Source: Mycobacteriales bacterium
GTDB lineage: Bacteria > Actinomycetota > Actinomycetes > Mycobacteriales > SCTD01
Direction of reading: 5' to 3'
DNA length: 24,947 nucleotides
Assembly: GCA_035495395.1 (NCBI GenBank)
Contig: DATJGA010000056.1
Location: 1 to 24,947 of the forward strand
Positions 14,732-23,327 of this stretch are shown here, in pieces. Position 1 is the stretch's first letter; every line of letters starts with the position of its first letter. A program made the translations under genes and the position numbers. The notes under the pieces were generated by a model. It had not been told where the DNA came from. It searched no databases and saw only the letters and a list, made by a program, of their open reading frames with translations.

Positions 14732-17643
14732 TGGCCATCCGCAGGCCTGCGACAGGCGAACCCGGCAGGGCACCGCTGGCGCTGCTGACGATCCTGAGCT
14801 TCACGGACACCCTCGGGGTGGCCACGTTCGTGCTGCTCCTGCCCGAGATCCGGGACTACTACGGCGCGAGCCTGGCCCGCGTCCAGGTCATGGTGACGAT
14901 CGCGGCCCTGCTCCCGCTGCTGATCTCGGTCCCCATCGGCTTCCTGTCGGACCGGGCCAGGCGCTCGATCCTCCTGGGGATCGGCTTCACCCTCTCCGGG
15001 CTGTTCGCGATCGGCTCGGCCTTCGCGCCCGGCCTGCTCGTCCTCGGGGTCATGCGGCTGGGGGCGGGGCTGGGGCAGTGCTTCGAAGGTGGCACCCAGT
15101 CGCTGGTGAGCGACACCTACCCGCTGCAGCGGAGGGGTGCCGTCCTCACCGTGGTGGCCATGGCGGTGCCCGCGGGCGCGTGCTTCGGCCCGCTGCTCGC
15201 CGGCTTCGTCGGCCAGCACTACGGCTGGCAGGTCCCGTTCCTGCTCGCCGGGATCCCCACCCTGCTGCTCGCGGGCTGGGTGTTCCGGCTGTCGAACCCT
15301 CCGCGCGGTGGCCAGGAGCGGCGGGCGCAGGGCGCCGACGAGGTCGCCGTGGCGACCGAGGACGCCCCGCCCGGGTGGACCGAGGGCTGGCGCATCGCCC
15401 GCAGCGTGCGCACGCTCGTGCGGCTGTGGGCCTCCTTGCCGTTCCTCGTGGGCAGCGGCCTGGTGGTGCTCCGCGAGACACCGTTCCTCTTCCACGACGA
15501 GTTCCACCTGTCGACCAGCCAGCGCGGGCTCGTGACGGCGGGGCAGAACGGCGCCGCCCTGCTGACCCTGGTCCTGCTGACGCCGATGATGCGGAGGCTG
15601 GCCGCGCGCGCCCCGGCCCGGTTGCTGACCTTCGGCGGTCTGCTCGCCACCGCGGCGGCGGCCCTGATGGTGGTCATGGCGGTCTCGCCGTGGCTGTGGC
15701 TGACGATCCTGGCGCTGGTCGGTGTCGGCGTCGTGACGGCTCCGCTCTGGCCGATCATCCTCTCCCTCGTCTCGCTGACGGTCCCCGCGCGGGCACGCGG
15801 GTTCGCCCTCTCGTTCGGCTCGCTGTTCGTCGCCCTCGGGCTCTTCGCCAACCCGATCGTCGCGGTTCTCGCCCAGGACAAGGGCGTGCGCTGGGGGATC
15901 GCGGCCATCGCGCCGGTGTTCCTCGTCGGCGCGCTCATCGTGGCGAGCGCCGGCGCGAGCGTCGGTGCGGACATCCGTGCTGCCGCTGCTGCCGCGATGG
16001 CAGGCGAGGTCGTGCGCCGCGGCCGCGAGGAGGGCAGCGTGAAGCTGCTCGTCTGCCGCGACCTCGACGCCGGCTACGGCCAGGTGCAGATCCTGTTCAA
16101 CCTCGACCTCGAGATCGAGGAGGGCGAGATCGTCGCCCTGCTCGGGACCAACGGCGCGGGCAAGTCGACGCTGCTGTCGGCCATCAACGGCAGCAACCCG
16201 GCCAGCAACGGTGCCGTGCTCTTCGACGGCGAGCCGATCACGCAGCTGCCGGCGAGCGAGCACATCCGGCGGGGCATCGTGTCGGTGCCCGGCGGCAAGG
16301 CGATCTGCCCGGGCCTCACGGTGCAGGAGAACCTCGACCTCGCGCTGTGGGCGCGCGGCGACGACAGCGACGCCGACGAGCGGCTGGCCCGCGTGTACGG
16401 GTACTTCCCGCGGCTCAAGGAGCGCGAGCACGAGCCCGCCGGCAACCTCTCCGGCGGTGAGCAGCAGATGCTCGCGCTGTCGCAGGCGTTCATCGTCCGG
16501 CCGCGGCTGCTCATGATCGACGAGCTCTCGCTCGGCCTGGCCCCTGCGGTCGTGGAGCAGCTGCTGGAGATCGTCCGCGAGATCCACGCCGAGGGCGCGA
16601 CCATCATCCTCGTCGAGCAGTCGGTCAACGTCGCCCTGACGATCGCCCACCGCGCGGTCTTCATGGAGAAGGGCGAGGTGCGGTACACCGGCCCGACCGC
16701 GGAGCTGCTCGACCGGCCCGACGTGCTGCGCTCGGTCTTCCTCGCGGGCGCGGGCAGCGCCGGCGGCAGCTACGCCCGCGGCCGCCGTCCGCTGGCGTCC
16801 CCGGACCCGACCGAGGGCCCGGCCGTGGTGCTGCGGGTGCAGGACGTGGAGCGCTCGTTCGGCGGCGTGCAGGCGCTGCGCGGGGCGAGCCTGGAGCTGC
16901 GGGCGGGCGAGACGCTGGGGCTCATCGGCCCCAACGGCGCCGGCAAGACGACGCTGTTCGACGTCATCTCGGGCTTCGTCATGCCGACCTCGGGGACCGT
17001 CGAGCTGCTGGGCGAGGACGTCACCGACCTGTCGCCGGAGCGGCGCGCGGTGCTCGGGCTGGGCCGCTCCTTCCAGGACGCCCGGCTGTTCCCGGCGCTG
17101 ACCGTCGAGGAGACCCTCCTCGTCACGCTGGACCGGCACCACCAGGCGCGCAGCTTCGCGGGGACGACCCTCGGGCTCCCCAAGGCCCGGCGCGCGGAGG
17201 CGCTCCTGCGTCGCCGGGCCGAGCGGCTGATGATGCTGCTCAACATCACCGACTTCCGGGACAAGTTCGTCCGGGAGCTGTCGACCGGCAGCCGGCGGCT
17301 GGTCGACCTCGCCTGCGTGCTGGCCGGCGACCCCGACGTGCTGCTGCTCGACGAGCCGTCGTCCGGCATCGCGCAGAAGGAGACCGAGGAGCTGCCCGCC
17401 CTGCTCGACCGCATCAAGTTCGAGACCGGTTGCGCGCTGCTCATCATCGAGCACGACATGCAGCTGATCTCCGCCGTCTCCGACGAGCTCGTCGCCATGG
17501 AGCTGGGACGAGACGTGGTCCGCGGCAAGCCCGCCGACGTCCTCAACGACCCGCGTGTCGTCGCTGCCTACCTGGGCAACGACAGCGCGGTCATCCACCG
17601 ATCCGGTCAGCCGTCCGGACCACGCCATGGAGTGACACCGTGA
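14731..17643 (+). CDS. Triple fusion: MFS transporter + LivF-type ATPase + LivG-type ATPase, 970 aa
   Basis: MFS motifs GFLSDRARR (A), MRLGAGLG (B), GACFGPLLAG (C), about 12 TMs. NBD1: GTNGAGKS, LSGGEQQ, LMIDELSLGLAP. NBD2: GPNGAGKT, LSTGSRR, LLLDEPSSG and C-terminal DPRVVAAYLG. One uninterrupted ORF. TGATG coupling to the permease. Confidence 0.9.
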   Translation: MAIRRPATGEPGRAPLALLTILSFTDTLGVATFVLLLPEIRDYYGASLARVQVMVTIAALLPLLISVPIGFLSDRARRSILLGIGFTLSGLFAIGSAFAPGLLVLGVMRLGAGLGQCFEGGTQSLVSDTYPLQRRGAVLTVVAMAVPAGACFGPLLAGFVGQHYGWQVPFLLAGIPTLLLAGWVFRLSNPPRGGQERRAQGADEVAVATEDAPPGWTEGWRIARSVRTLVRLWASLPFLVGSGLVVLRETPFLFHDEFHLSTSQRGLVTAGQNGAALLTLVLLTPMMRRLAARAPARLLTFGGLLATAAAALMVVMAVSPWLWLTILALVGVGVVTAPLWPIILSLVSLTVPARARGFALSFGSLFVALGLFANPIVAVLAQDKGVRWGIAAIAPVFLVGALIVASAGASVGADIRAAAAAAMAGEVVRRGREEGSVKLLVCRDLDAGYGQVQILFNLDLEIEEGEIVALLGTNGAGKSTLLSAINGSNPASNGAVLFDGEPITQLPASEHIRRGIVSVPGGKAICPGLTVQENLDLALWARGDDSDADERLARVYGYFPRLKEREHEPAGNLSGGEQQMLALSQAFIVRPRLLMIDELSLGLAPAVVEQLLEIVREIHAEGATIILVEQSVNVALTIAHRAVFMEKGEVRYTGPTAELLDRPDVLRSVFLAGAGSAGGSYARGRRPLASPDPTEGPAVVLRVQDVERSFGGVQALRGASLELRAGETLGLIGPNGAGKTTLFDVISGFVMPTSGTVELLGEDVTDLSPERRAVLGLGRSFQDARLFPALTVEETLLVTLDRHHQARSFAGTTLGLPKARRAEALLRRRAERLMMLLNITDFRDKFVRELSTGSRRLVDLACVLAGDPDVLLLDEPSSGIAQKETEELPALLDRIKFETGCALLIIEHDMQLISAVSDELVAMELGRDVVRGKPADVLNDPRVVAAYLGNDSAVIHRSGQPSGPRHGVTP

Positions 17644-18644
17644 ACGCCAGCCTCTTCAAGAAGCGCTTCGACAAGATCGCCGACAACGTCAACTCGGTGA
17701 TCCACGGCAAGGACGACGTGGTGCGGCTGGCCCTCGTCGCCGCCTGCGCCAACGGGCACGTCCTGTTCGAGGACGTCCCCGGCGTCGGCAAGTCCATGCT
17801 CGCCCGGGCGCTGGGCATCTCCATGGGGTGCGGCACCAACCGCATCCAGTGCACGCCCGACATGCTGCCCGGCGACATCACGGGGTCCTCCGTGATCGAC
17901 CAGTCCGGCGGCCGCATGAAGTTCGTCTTCAAGCCGGGCCCGGTGTTCACCAACATCCTGCTCGTCGACGAGATCAACCGCTCGACGCCCAAGACGCAGT
18001 CGGCGCTCCTCGAGGCGATGGCCGAGCGCAACGTCACCGCCGAGGGCGTCACCCACCCGCTGCCCGCGCCCTTCCTGTGCCTGGCCACGCAGAACCCGAT
18101 CGAGAACGCCGGCACCTTCCCGCTCCCCGAAGCCCAGCTCGACCGCTTCCTGTTCAAGCTCTCGATCGGCTACCCGGACCTCGAGGCCGAGCGCCTCGTG
18201 GCCCGCGGCAACGCGCTCACCCTCGAGGTGGACAACCTCGGCCCGGTCTGCAACGCCGAGGAGATCGTGGAGATGCAGCGGATGGCCTCGGAGGTGACGA
18301 TCTCCACCGCCGTCGAGACTTACATCCTCGAGATCGTCCAGGCGACCCGGCAGGACAAGGCGCTGCTCATGGCCGCCAGCCCGCGCGCCACCATCGCGCT
18401 CTTCAAGGCCTCCAAGGCGCTGGCCGCCGCCGACGGTCGCAGCACCGTGTACCCCGAGGACGTCAAGGCGCTGCTCAACCCGGTGCTCGCCCACCGCACC
18501 CTGCTCTCGCCCGAGGCGCTGCTGCGGGGCGACAGCGTCAGCGACGTCCTCGAGCGCACCGCCGGTCGCATCAAGCCCCCGATGGTCAGCGCGGTCGACG
18601 TCCCCGAGGCGCCCGCCCGCCGCCGTACCCGCAAGGCCTCCTGA
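17640..18644 (+). CDS. moxR: MoxR-family AAA+ ATPase (MoxR proper type)
   Basis: EDVPGVGKS, RIQCTPDMLPGDITG, ILLVDEINR, ATQNPIE..GTFPLPEAQLDRF and ASPRA. GTGA overlap and a GGAG SD. Confidence 0.93.
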   Translation: MNASLFKKRFDKIADNVNSVIHGKDDVVRLALVAACANGHVLFEDVPGVGKSMLARALGISMGCGTNRIQCTPDMLPGDITGSSVIDQSGGRMKFVFKPGPVFTNILLVDEINRSTPKTQSALLEAMAERNVTAEGVTHPLPAPFLCLATQNPIENAGTFPLPEAQLDRFLFKLSIGYPDLEAERLVARGNALTLEVDNLGPVCNAEEIVEMQRMASEVTISTAVETYILEIVQATRQDKALLMAASPRATIALFKASKALAAADGRSTVYPEDVKALLNPVLAHRTLLSPEALLRGDSVSDVLERTAGRIKPPMVSAVDVPEAPARRRTRKAS

Positions 18645-18652
18645 GCCCGACC

Positions 18653-19984
18653 GTGACCGCTCTCGACGACGTGACCACGACCAGCGCCCCGGCGCCGGCT
18701 GCCGCTGCGCCGGCCGCCGAGACCGTCGTGCAGCAGGTCGAGGTGCAGCACAAGCTCGGCCGCCGGGTGATGGACCGCATCACCGACGTCACCGGGTTCA
18801 CGTCCTCGGGCCTCATCCTGCTCGGCATCACCGCCGGGGCCTGGTCGCTCGGCTACTACGTCGGTGGCCGCCCGCTCTACCTCATGGCGTACGGCGGAGC
18901 CGCCGTGCTCGTGGCCTCGTGGCTCTACGGGCGCCGGACCCCTGACCTGACAGGGGCGCGCTCGGAGGTCCAGGCGCGGGTGCGCGAGGGCCAGTCGGTC
19001 ACCGTCGAGGTGTCGCTCACCGCTGGTCGCCGGATGTCGACGCTCATCCTCGAGGAGCGGCTGCCCCCGGTGCTCGGTGCGTCGCCGCGGATCTCCATCG
19101 CCGAGCTGGCCGAGGGCGACGCCGCAGGCAACACGTACCAGCTGACCTGCTCGCGGCGCGGCGTCTACACGCTGGGCCCGCTCGTCGTGCGCTGGGGCGA
19201 CCCGTTCGGCCTCACCCAGCGGCGCCGCACGGTGTGCGACGAGTTCGAGATGTTCGTGCACCCGCGCGCCGACCCGGCCTCCGACCACCCGGCCGCCCGG
19301 CTGTGGGAGGACCCGCCGCAGCGCCCGCCCTTCTCCCGGCCGTGGCCGTCCGGCCTCGACTTCTACGGCATGCGCGCGTACGCCCCGGGCGACGACGTCC
19401 GCAACGTCGTGTGGCGCGCCTACGCGCGCACCGGCTCGCTGCTCGTCCGCGAGGCGGAGCAGGGCGTCACCGACAAGGTTCGGCTGCTCGTCGACCAGGA
19501 CGTCTCGGTCCACTCGCGCGGCCCGCTGTCGGAGTCGTTCGAGACGGCCATGCGGGTGGTCGCCTCGCTGGGGCTGCACCACCTCAAGGCCGGCTACACG
19601 GTGACCACCGACGGCAACGCCGAGCGCATCGCGCGGCCGCTGCGCGGCGTCGGCCGGGGCGGCATCGAGCTGCTCGACGCGCTCGCCCAGCTCAACCCGG
19701 TGAAGGCCAACCTGCTCGACATGCTGGCGCGTGTCGAGGCCACCGTCACCAACGACGTGGAGCTCATCGTCGTCACCCCGCGGCTCACCCTCGACGCGAT
19801 CCTGCGCATGCGGCTGCTCGTCGACCGCGGCGTCTCGGTCCGGGTGGTCGCGCTGCTCTGGGACGAGGAGGCCATCGACCACCTCGGGCAGGCGGCCGCG
19901 CTCGGCCTGAAGATCGTGGAGATCGGCCCGACGACGAACATCACGATGGCCCTGGCGCACGAGGTCGGGGGTGGCCTGCGATGA
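18653..19984 (+). CDS. DUF58 domain membrane protein (vWA-like C-terminus)
   Basis: Two N-terminal TMs, Ig-like segment with RRGVYTLGPL..DPFGL, and GLDFYGMRAYAPGDDVRNVVWR (DUF58 signature). Start uncertain: 18653, 18671 or 18770. Confidence 0.87.
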   Translation: MTALDDVTTTSAPAPAAAAPAAETVVQQVEVQHKLGRRVMDRITDVTGFTSSGLILLGITAGAWSLGYYVGGRPLYLMAYGGAAVLVASWLYGRRTPDLTGARSEVQARVREGQSVTVEVSLTAGRRMSTLILEERLPPVLGASPRISIAELAEGDAAGNTYQLTCSRRGVYTLGPLVVRWGDPFGLTQRRRTVCDEFEMFVHPRADPASDHPAARLWEDPPQRPPFSRPWPSGLDFYGMRAYAPGDDVRNVVWRAYARTGSLLVREAEQGVTDKVRLLVDQDVSVHSRGPLSESFETAMRVVASLGLHHLKAGYTVTTDGNAERIARPLRGVGRGGIELLDALAQLNPVKANLLDMLARVEATVTNDVELIVVTPRLTLDAILRMRLLVDRGVSVRVVALLWDEEAIDHLGQAAALGLKIVEIGPTTNITMALAHEVGGGLR

Positions 19985-22293
19985 CCGTCGTCGACACGCC
20001 GCCGCAGCTCGAGCTCGTCGAGCCGCTGCCGCCGGAGGACAGCGGTCCGCCGGTCGAGGTCGAGCCCGACACCCGCCCGCCGCTGGCCGACCTGGTCCGC
20101 CCGGCAGCGGCGTCCGCCCTCGTCGCGGTGGCGGCCGGTTTCGAGGTCGGCGGCATCTTCGGCTCGTGGTTCGCCCGCGGGCTCGCGGCGCTCGCCGCCC
20201 TCGTCGGCGCGCTCTGCGCCGTGCTCGCCCAGCGGTCCCGCCGGCGCGACACGCTGCTGCTGCTCTACCCCCTCGGCCTCGTCGTCGCCGGGACCGCCAG
20301 CCTCGTCACCGCACCCGGCGGGCCGGCGAAGGTGGTCACGCTCGTCCGCGAGGCGCTGCACAGCGGCAGCCTGCTGCAGCCGCCGGTGCCGTTCGACCCG
20401 GGCTGGCGCGTCGTCCTCATCGTCACCCTGGGGCTGCTCGGCTTCGCCGGCGCCTGGATGGCCACCGCGATGGCCAAGCCGAAGCTCGGGCTCGCGGTCG
20501 GGCTGCCGGTCATCGGCCTCACCGCCATCACCCAGCCCGAGGACGCCAAGCTCATCGCGGGCGCGGTGCCGATCGCGCTCATCATCGCCGCCCTCGCCAT
20601 GCTCTTCGGCGGCGACGTCCGCTCGGCCCGCGACCTCGGCCGGGCCTTCGAGCTCAAGCGCGCGGCTCGGGCCGCGACGGTCGGCGTGCCGCTGCTCCTC
20701 GCCGTCGTGCTGCTCAACAAGGCGAGCTTCCTGTTCCCGAAGCCGGTGTACGACCCGGTGTCCTCGGCCCAGAAGCCGCGGCTGGTCTCGGCGGCCAGCG
20801 ACGACGTGCTCTTCGAGGTGCGCACGAAGACGAAGCTCACCGGCCCGTGGCGGGTCGGCGTGCTCGACACGTACAAGGACGACACGTTCCTGCTGCCGCC
20901 GCAGGACAACAAGCGGCTCGCCGACGTCTCAGGGGGCAAGGCCCTGCCGGAGGTGCCGTTCCGGCCGGACACCGGTGCGGTCACGCTGGTCCTGCACAAC
21001 CTGGGGGACACCCCGATCCTGCCCAGCCTCGCGGGTACGCAGTCCGTCACCACGACGCTCGAGGGCCTGTACGTCGACCAGCGCACCGACGTCCTGCGCA
21101 TCACCAGCGGCCGCCTGCCGTCCGGGCTGGAGTACACGCTGCACGTCCCGCCGTACGCGACGACGGTCGATCTCGAGGACGACGTGCCGTCGACCGGTCC
21201 GGACCTCGTCGACCAGCTCGCCGCGCCGCCGCCACCACCGGCCGTCGTCGACCTGCTCGCCAAGGCGCCGTCCAAGAACGCCTTCGACCGCATGGAGTAC
21301 GTGCAGCACCAGCTGGTCGACCACGTCACGGCCAAGGGCGCCGGCGTCCCGGTGCCGGTGAGCCCCGAGCGGGTGCAGGACCTGCTCGCCGGCTCGCGGG
21401 TGGGCTCGCCCTTCGAGATCGTCGCGGCCCAGGCGCTCATCGCGCGCTGGGCAGGCATCCCCAGCCGGATCGGCTTCGGGTACGACGGGGTCAACCACGA
21501 GCAGACCGGTGTCATCTCGGTGCGGCCGCGGAACGCGGCCGACTGGCTCGAGGTGAACTACCGGGGCTACGGGTGGCTGCCGCTGGTCTCGCAGCCGAAG
21601 CACGCGCAGCAGGACCTCAAGAACAAGCCCAAGCAGCACCACATCCTCGCCAACGGCGACATCGCCGTGCAGGTGTTCGTGCCCTACGAGCTGGTGACCG
21701 CGAAGCAGCTCTACCAGGTGGTGCGGTACTGGATCCTCGTCACCTCGCCGTTCGTCCTGCTGCTGCTCGGCAGCTACCTCGGCTGGCCCACGGTCGCCCG
21801 GGCGCGGCGCCGCACGAAGCGGCGGCGCTGGGCGCAGGCCCGCGGTCCGGCGTACCAGGTGGCCGTCGAGTACGCCGAGATGCGCGACACCGCGACCGAC
21901 CTCAACGTCGGTGACCTCGTCTCCACGCCGCTGGAGTACCTGTTCCAGGTCGCGCGCGACGACGAGCACGCCGAGCTGGCCTGGCTCACGACCCGGGTCC
22001 TGTACGGCGACCTCATGGACACCGTCACCGACGAGGACGTCGTGCGCGCCGAGGAGATGTCGCGGTCGGTGCGCCGTCGCCTCATGCGCGCGCAGCCGGT
22101 GCAGTCGCAGTTCCTCGCGGCCGTCTCGCGCGCCTCGCTGCGGACGCCGTACGAGCCGGCGCTGCCGAACGTGCGGGTGCTGCGCTTCCCGCGCCCGCTC
22201 GCGGCGCTCCGCCGCTGGTCGACCCGCCGGGCGCGCGCCCTGCGGCTCGCCCTGCTCGCCCTGCCCAGACCCCGACGGAGGATGTCGGTATGA
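19981..22293 (+). CDS. TgpA-like transglutaminase-domain membrane protein, catalytic triad absent
   Basis: Multi-TM N-terminus, extracellular domain, TGase-like core ALIARWAGIPSRIGFGY...WLEVNYRGYGW, one TM, then a DUF4129-like tail. ATGA overlap at 19981-19984. Confidence 0.8.
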   Translation: MTVVDTPPQLELVEPLPPEDSGPPVEVEPDTRPPLADLVRPAAASALVAVAAGFEVGGIFGSWFARGLAALAALVGALCAVLAQRSRRRDTLLLLYPLGLVVAGTASLVTAPGGPAKVVTLVREALHSGSLLQPPVPFDPGWRVVLIVTLGLLGFAGAWMATAMAKPKLGLAVGLPVIGLTAITQPEDAKLIAGAVPIALIIAALAMLFGGDVRSARDLGRAFELKRAARAATVGVPLLLAVVLLNKASFLFPKPVYDPVSSAQKPRLVSAASDDVLFEVRTKTKLTGPWRVGVLDTYKDDTFLLPPQDNKRLADVSGGKALPEVPFRPDTGAVTLVLHNLGDTPILPSLAGTQSVTTTLEGLYVDQRTDVLRITSGRLPSGLEYTLHVPPYATTVDLEDDVPSTGPDLVDQLAAPPPPPAVVDLLAKAPSKNAFDRMEYVQHQLVDHVTAKGAGVPVPVSPERVQDLLAGSRVGSPFEIVAAQALIARWAGIPSRIGFGYDGVNHEQTGVISVRPRNAADWLEVNYRGYGWLPLVSQPKHAQQDLKNKPKQHHILANGDIAVQVFVPYELVTAKQLYQVVRYWILVTSPFVLLLLGSYLGWPTVARARRRTKRRRWAQARGPAYQVAVEYAEMRDTATDLNVGDLVSTPLEYLFQVARDDEHAELAWLTTRVLYGDLMDTVTDEDVVRAEEMSRSVRRRLMRAQPVQSQFLAAVSRASLRTPYEPALPNVRVLRFPRPLAALRRWSTRRARALRLALLALPRPRRRMSV

Positions 22294-23327
22294 CCCCCAC
22301 GCGCCGCCGTGCCCGCCTCGCAGCGGGTCCGCTGCTCCTGGCGCTGGCCCTGTCGGCCTGCGGCCCGCACACCGACTCGACCATCGCCATGCGCGCGACC
22401 GCGCTCGACCTGCAGTTCGCCCGTCCGGACCTCGCCGTACCGGTGCCGCCGAAGGTCATCGTGCGGCTGCTCCCCGCCCCGCCGGTCGCCCTGCACCACA
22501 TCGTCGACCCGTCCGTCCCGGTGCTCCCGCCCCCGCCGCCGCCCGCGCCCGCCGGCTGCCCGGCGGCGACCGCGCCGGGCACGCCGGGCAAGCCGCTCGC
22601 CACCTCGACGCTGGGTGCCCCGACCGCCGGCTACTACACGTACGCGACGAAGGGCACCGGGACCGTCAGCGGCGGCACGGACACGACGTCCGCCGCCCTG
22701 CCGGCGTCGACCTACGTCGCGATCAGCGCCAGCCAGCAGGTCCCGCCCGACTCGACGGTGGCGGCCGAGGGCGGTGCCCCCGCCTCGGGCACCGAGACGC
22801 AGTACACGGTGACCACCCAGCTCTCGAAGTCGGTCACCCAGATCGACACCCTCGCGGTGAGCGCGACGTCGATCAACCTCGTGAAGCGGCAGCTGAGCAA
22901 CGCCGAGCGCACCTTCGACTTCGTGCCCACGCCGCAGGTGCAGCTCATGGTGTTCGGCCCGGTTGGCAGCACCTGGTCCTCGCGCGGCACCGACAGCGGC
23001 ACGTCCTCGACGCTCGACTACGCCGGGTCGATCGACGCGGTGACGGAGGTGAAGGTCTGCGGCGTCGTCACCAAGGCCTACCGCGTGAGCTACCAGGAGA
23101 CGCTGACCAACCCGACCGGGTCGGAGGTGATCCGCACCGGCACGGACAGCGCGCACCCGGCCACGTTCACGATCGCGCCGCAGCTCGGTGGGCTCGTGCT
23201 CGCCCAGCAGGTCTACTCCGACGACGTCCGCCTCTACCGCGACCTCAGCGGGTACGTCGGGACGACGCTCGACTACACCTCGGTGCTCACCGACCTTGTC
23301 CCGGCGACCCAGGCGGCGCCCACGTGA
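22290..23327 (+). CDS. Uncharacterised lipoprotein with Pro-rich stalk and beta-rich C-terminal domain
   Basis: MTPTRRRAR...LALALSAC lipobox, PPPPPPAP linker, Thr/Ser/Val-rich beta pattern. ATGA overlap. Confidence 0.75.
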   Translation: MTPTRRRARLAAGPLLLALALSACGPHTDSTIAMRATALDLQFARPDLAVPVPPKVIVRLLPAPPVALHHIVDPSVPVLPPPPPPAPAGCPAATAPGTPGKPLATSTLGAPTAGYYTYATKGTGTVSGGTDTTSAALPASTYVAISASQQVPPDSTVAAEGGAPASGTETQYTVTTQLSKSVTQIDTLAVSATSINLVKRQLSNAERTFDFVPTPQVQLMVFGPVGSTWSSRGTDSGTSSTLDYAGSIDAVTEVKVCGVVTKAYRVSYQETLTNPTGSEVIRTGTDSAHPATFTIAPQLGGLVLAQQVYSDDVRLYRDLSGYVGTTLDYTSVLTDLVPATQAAPT

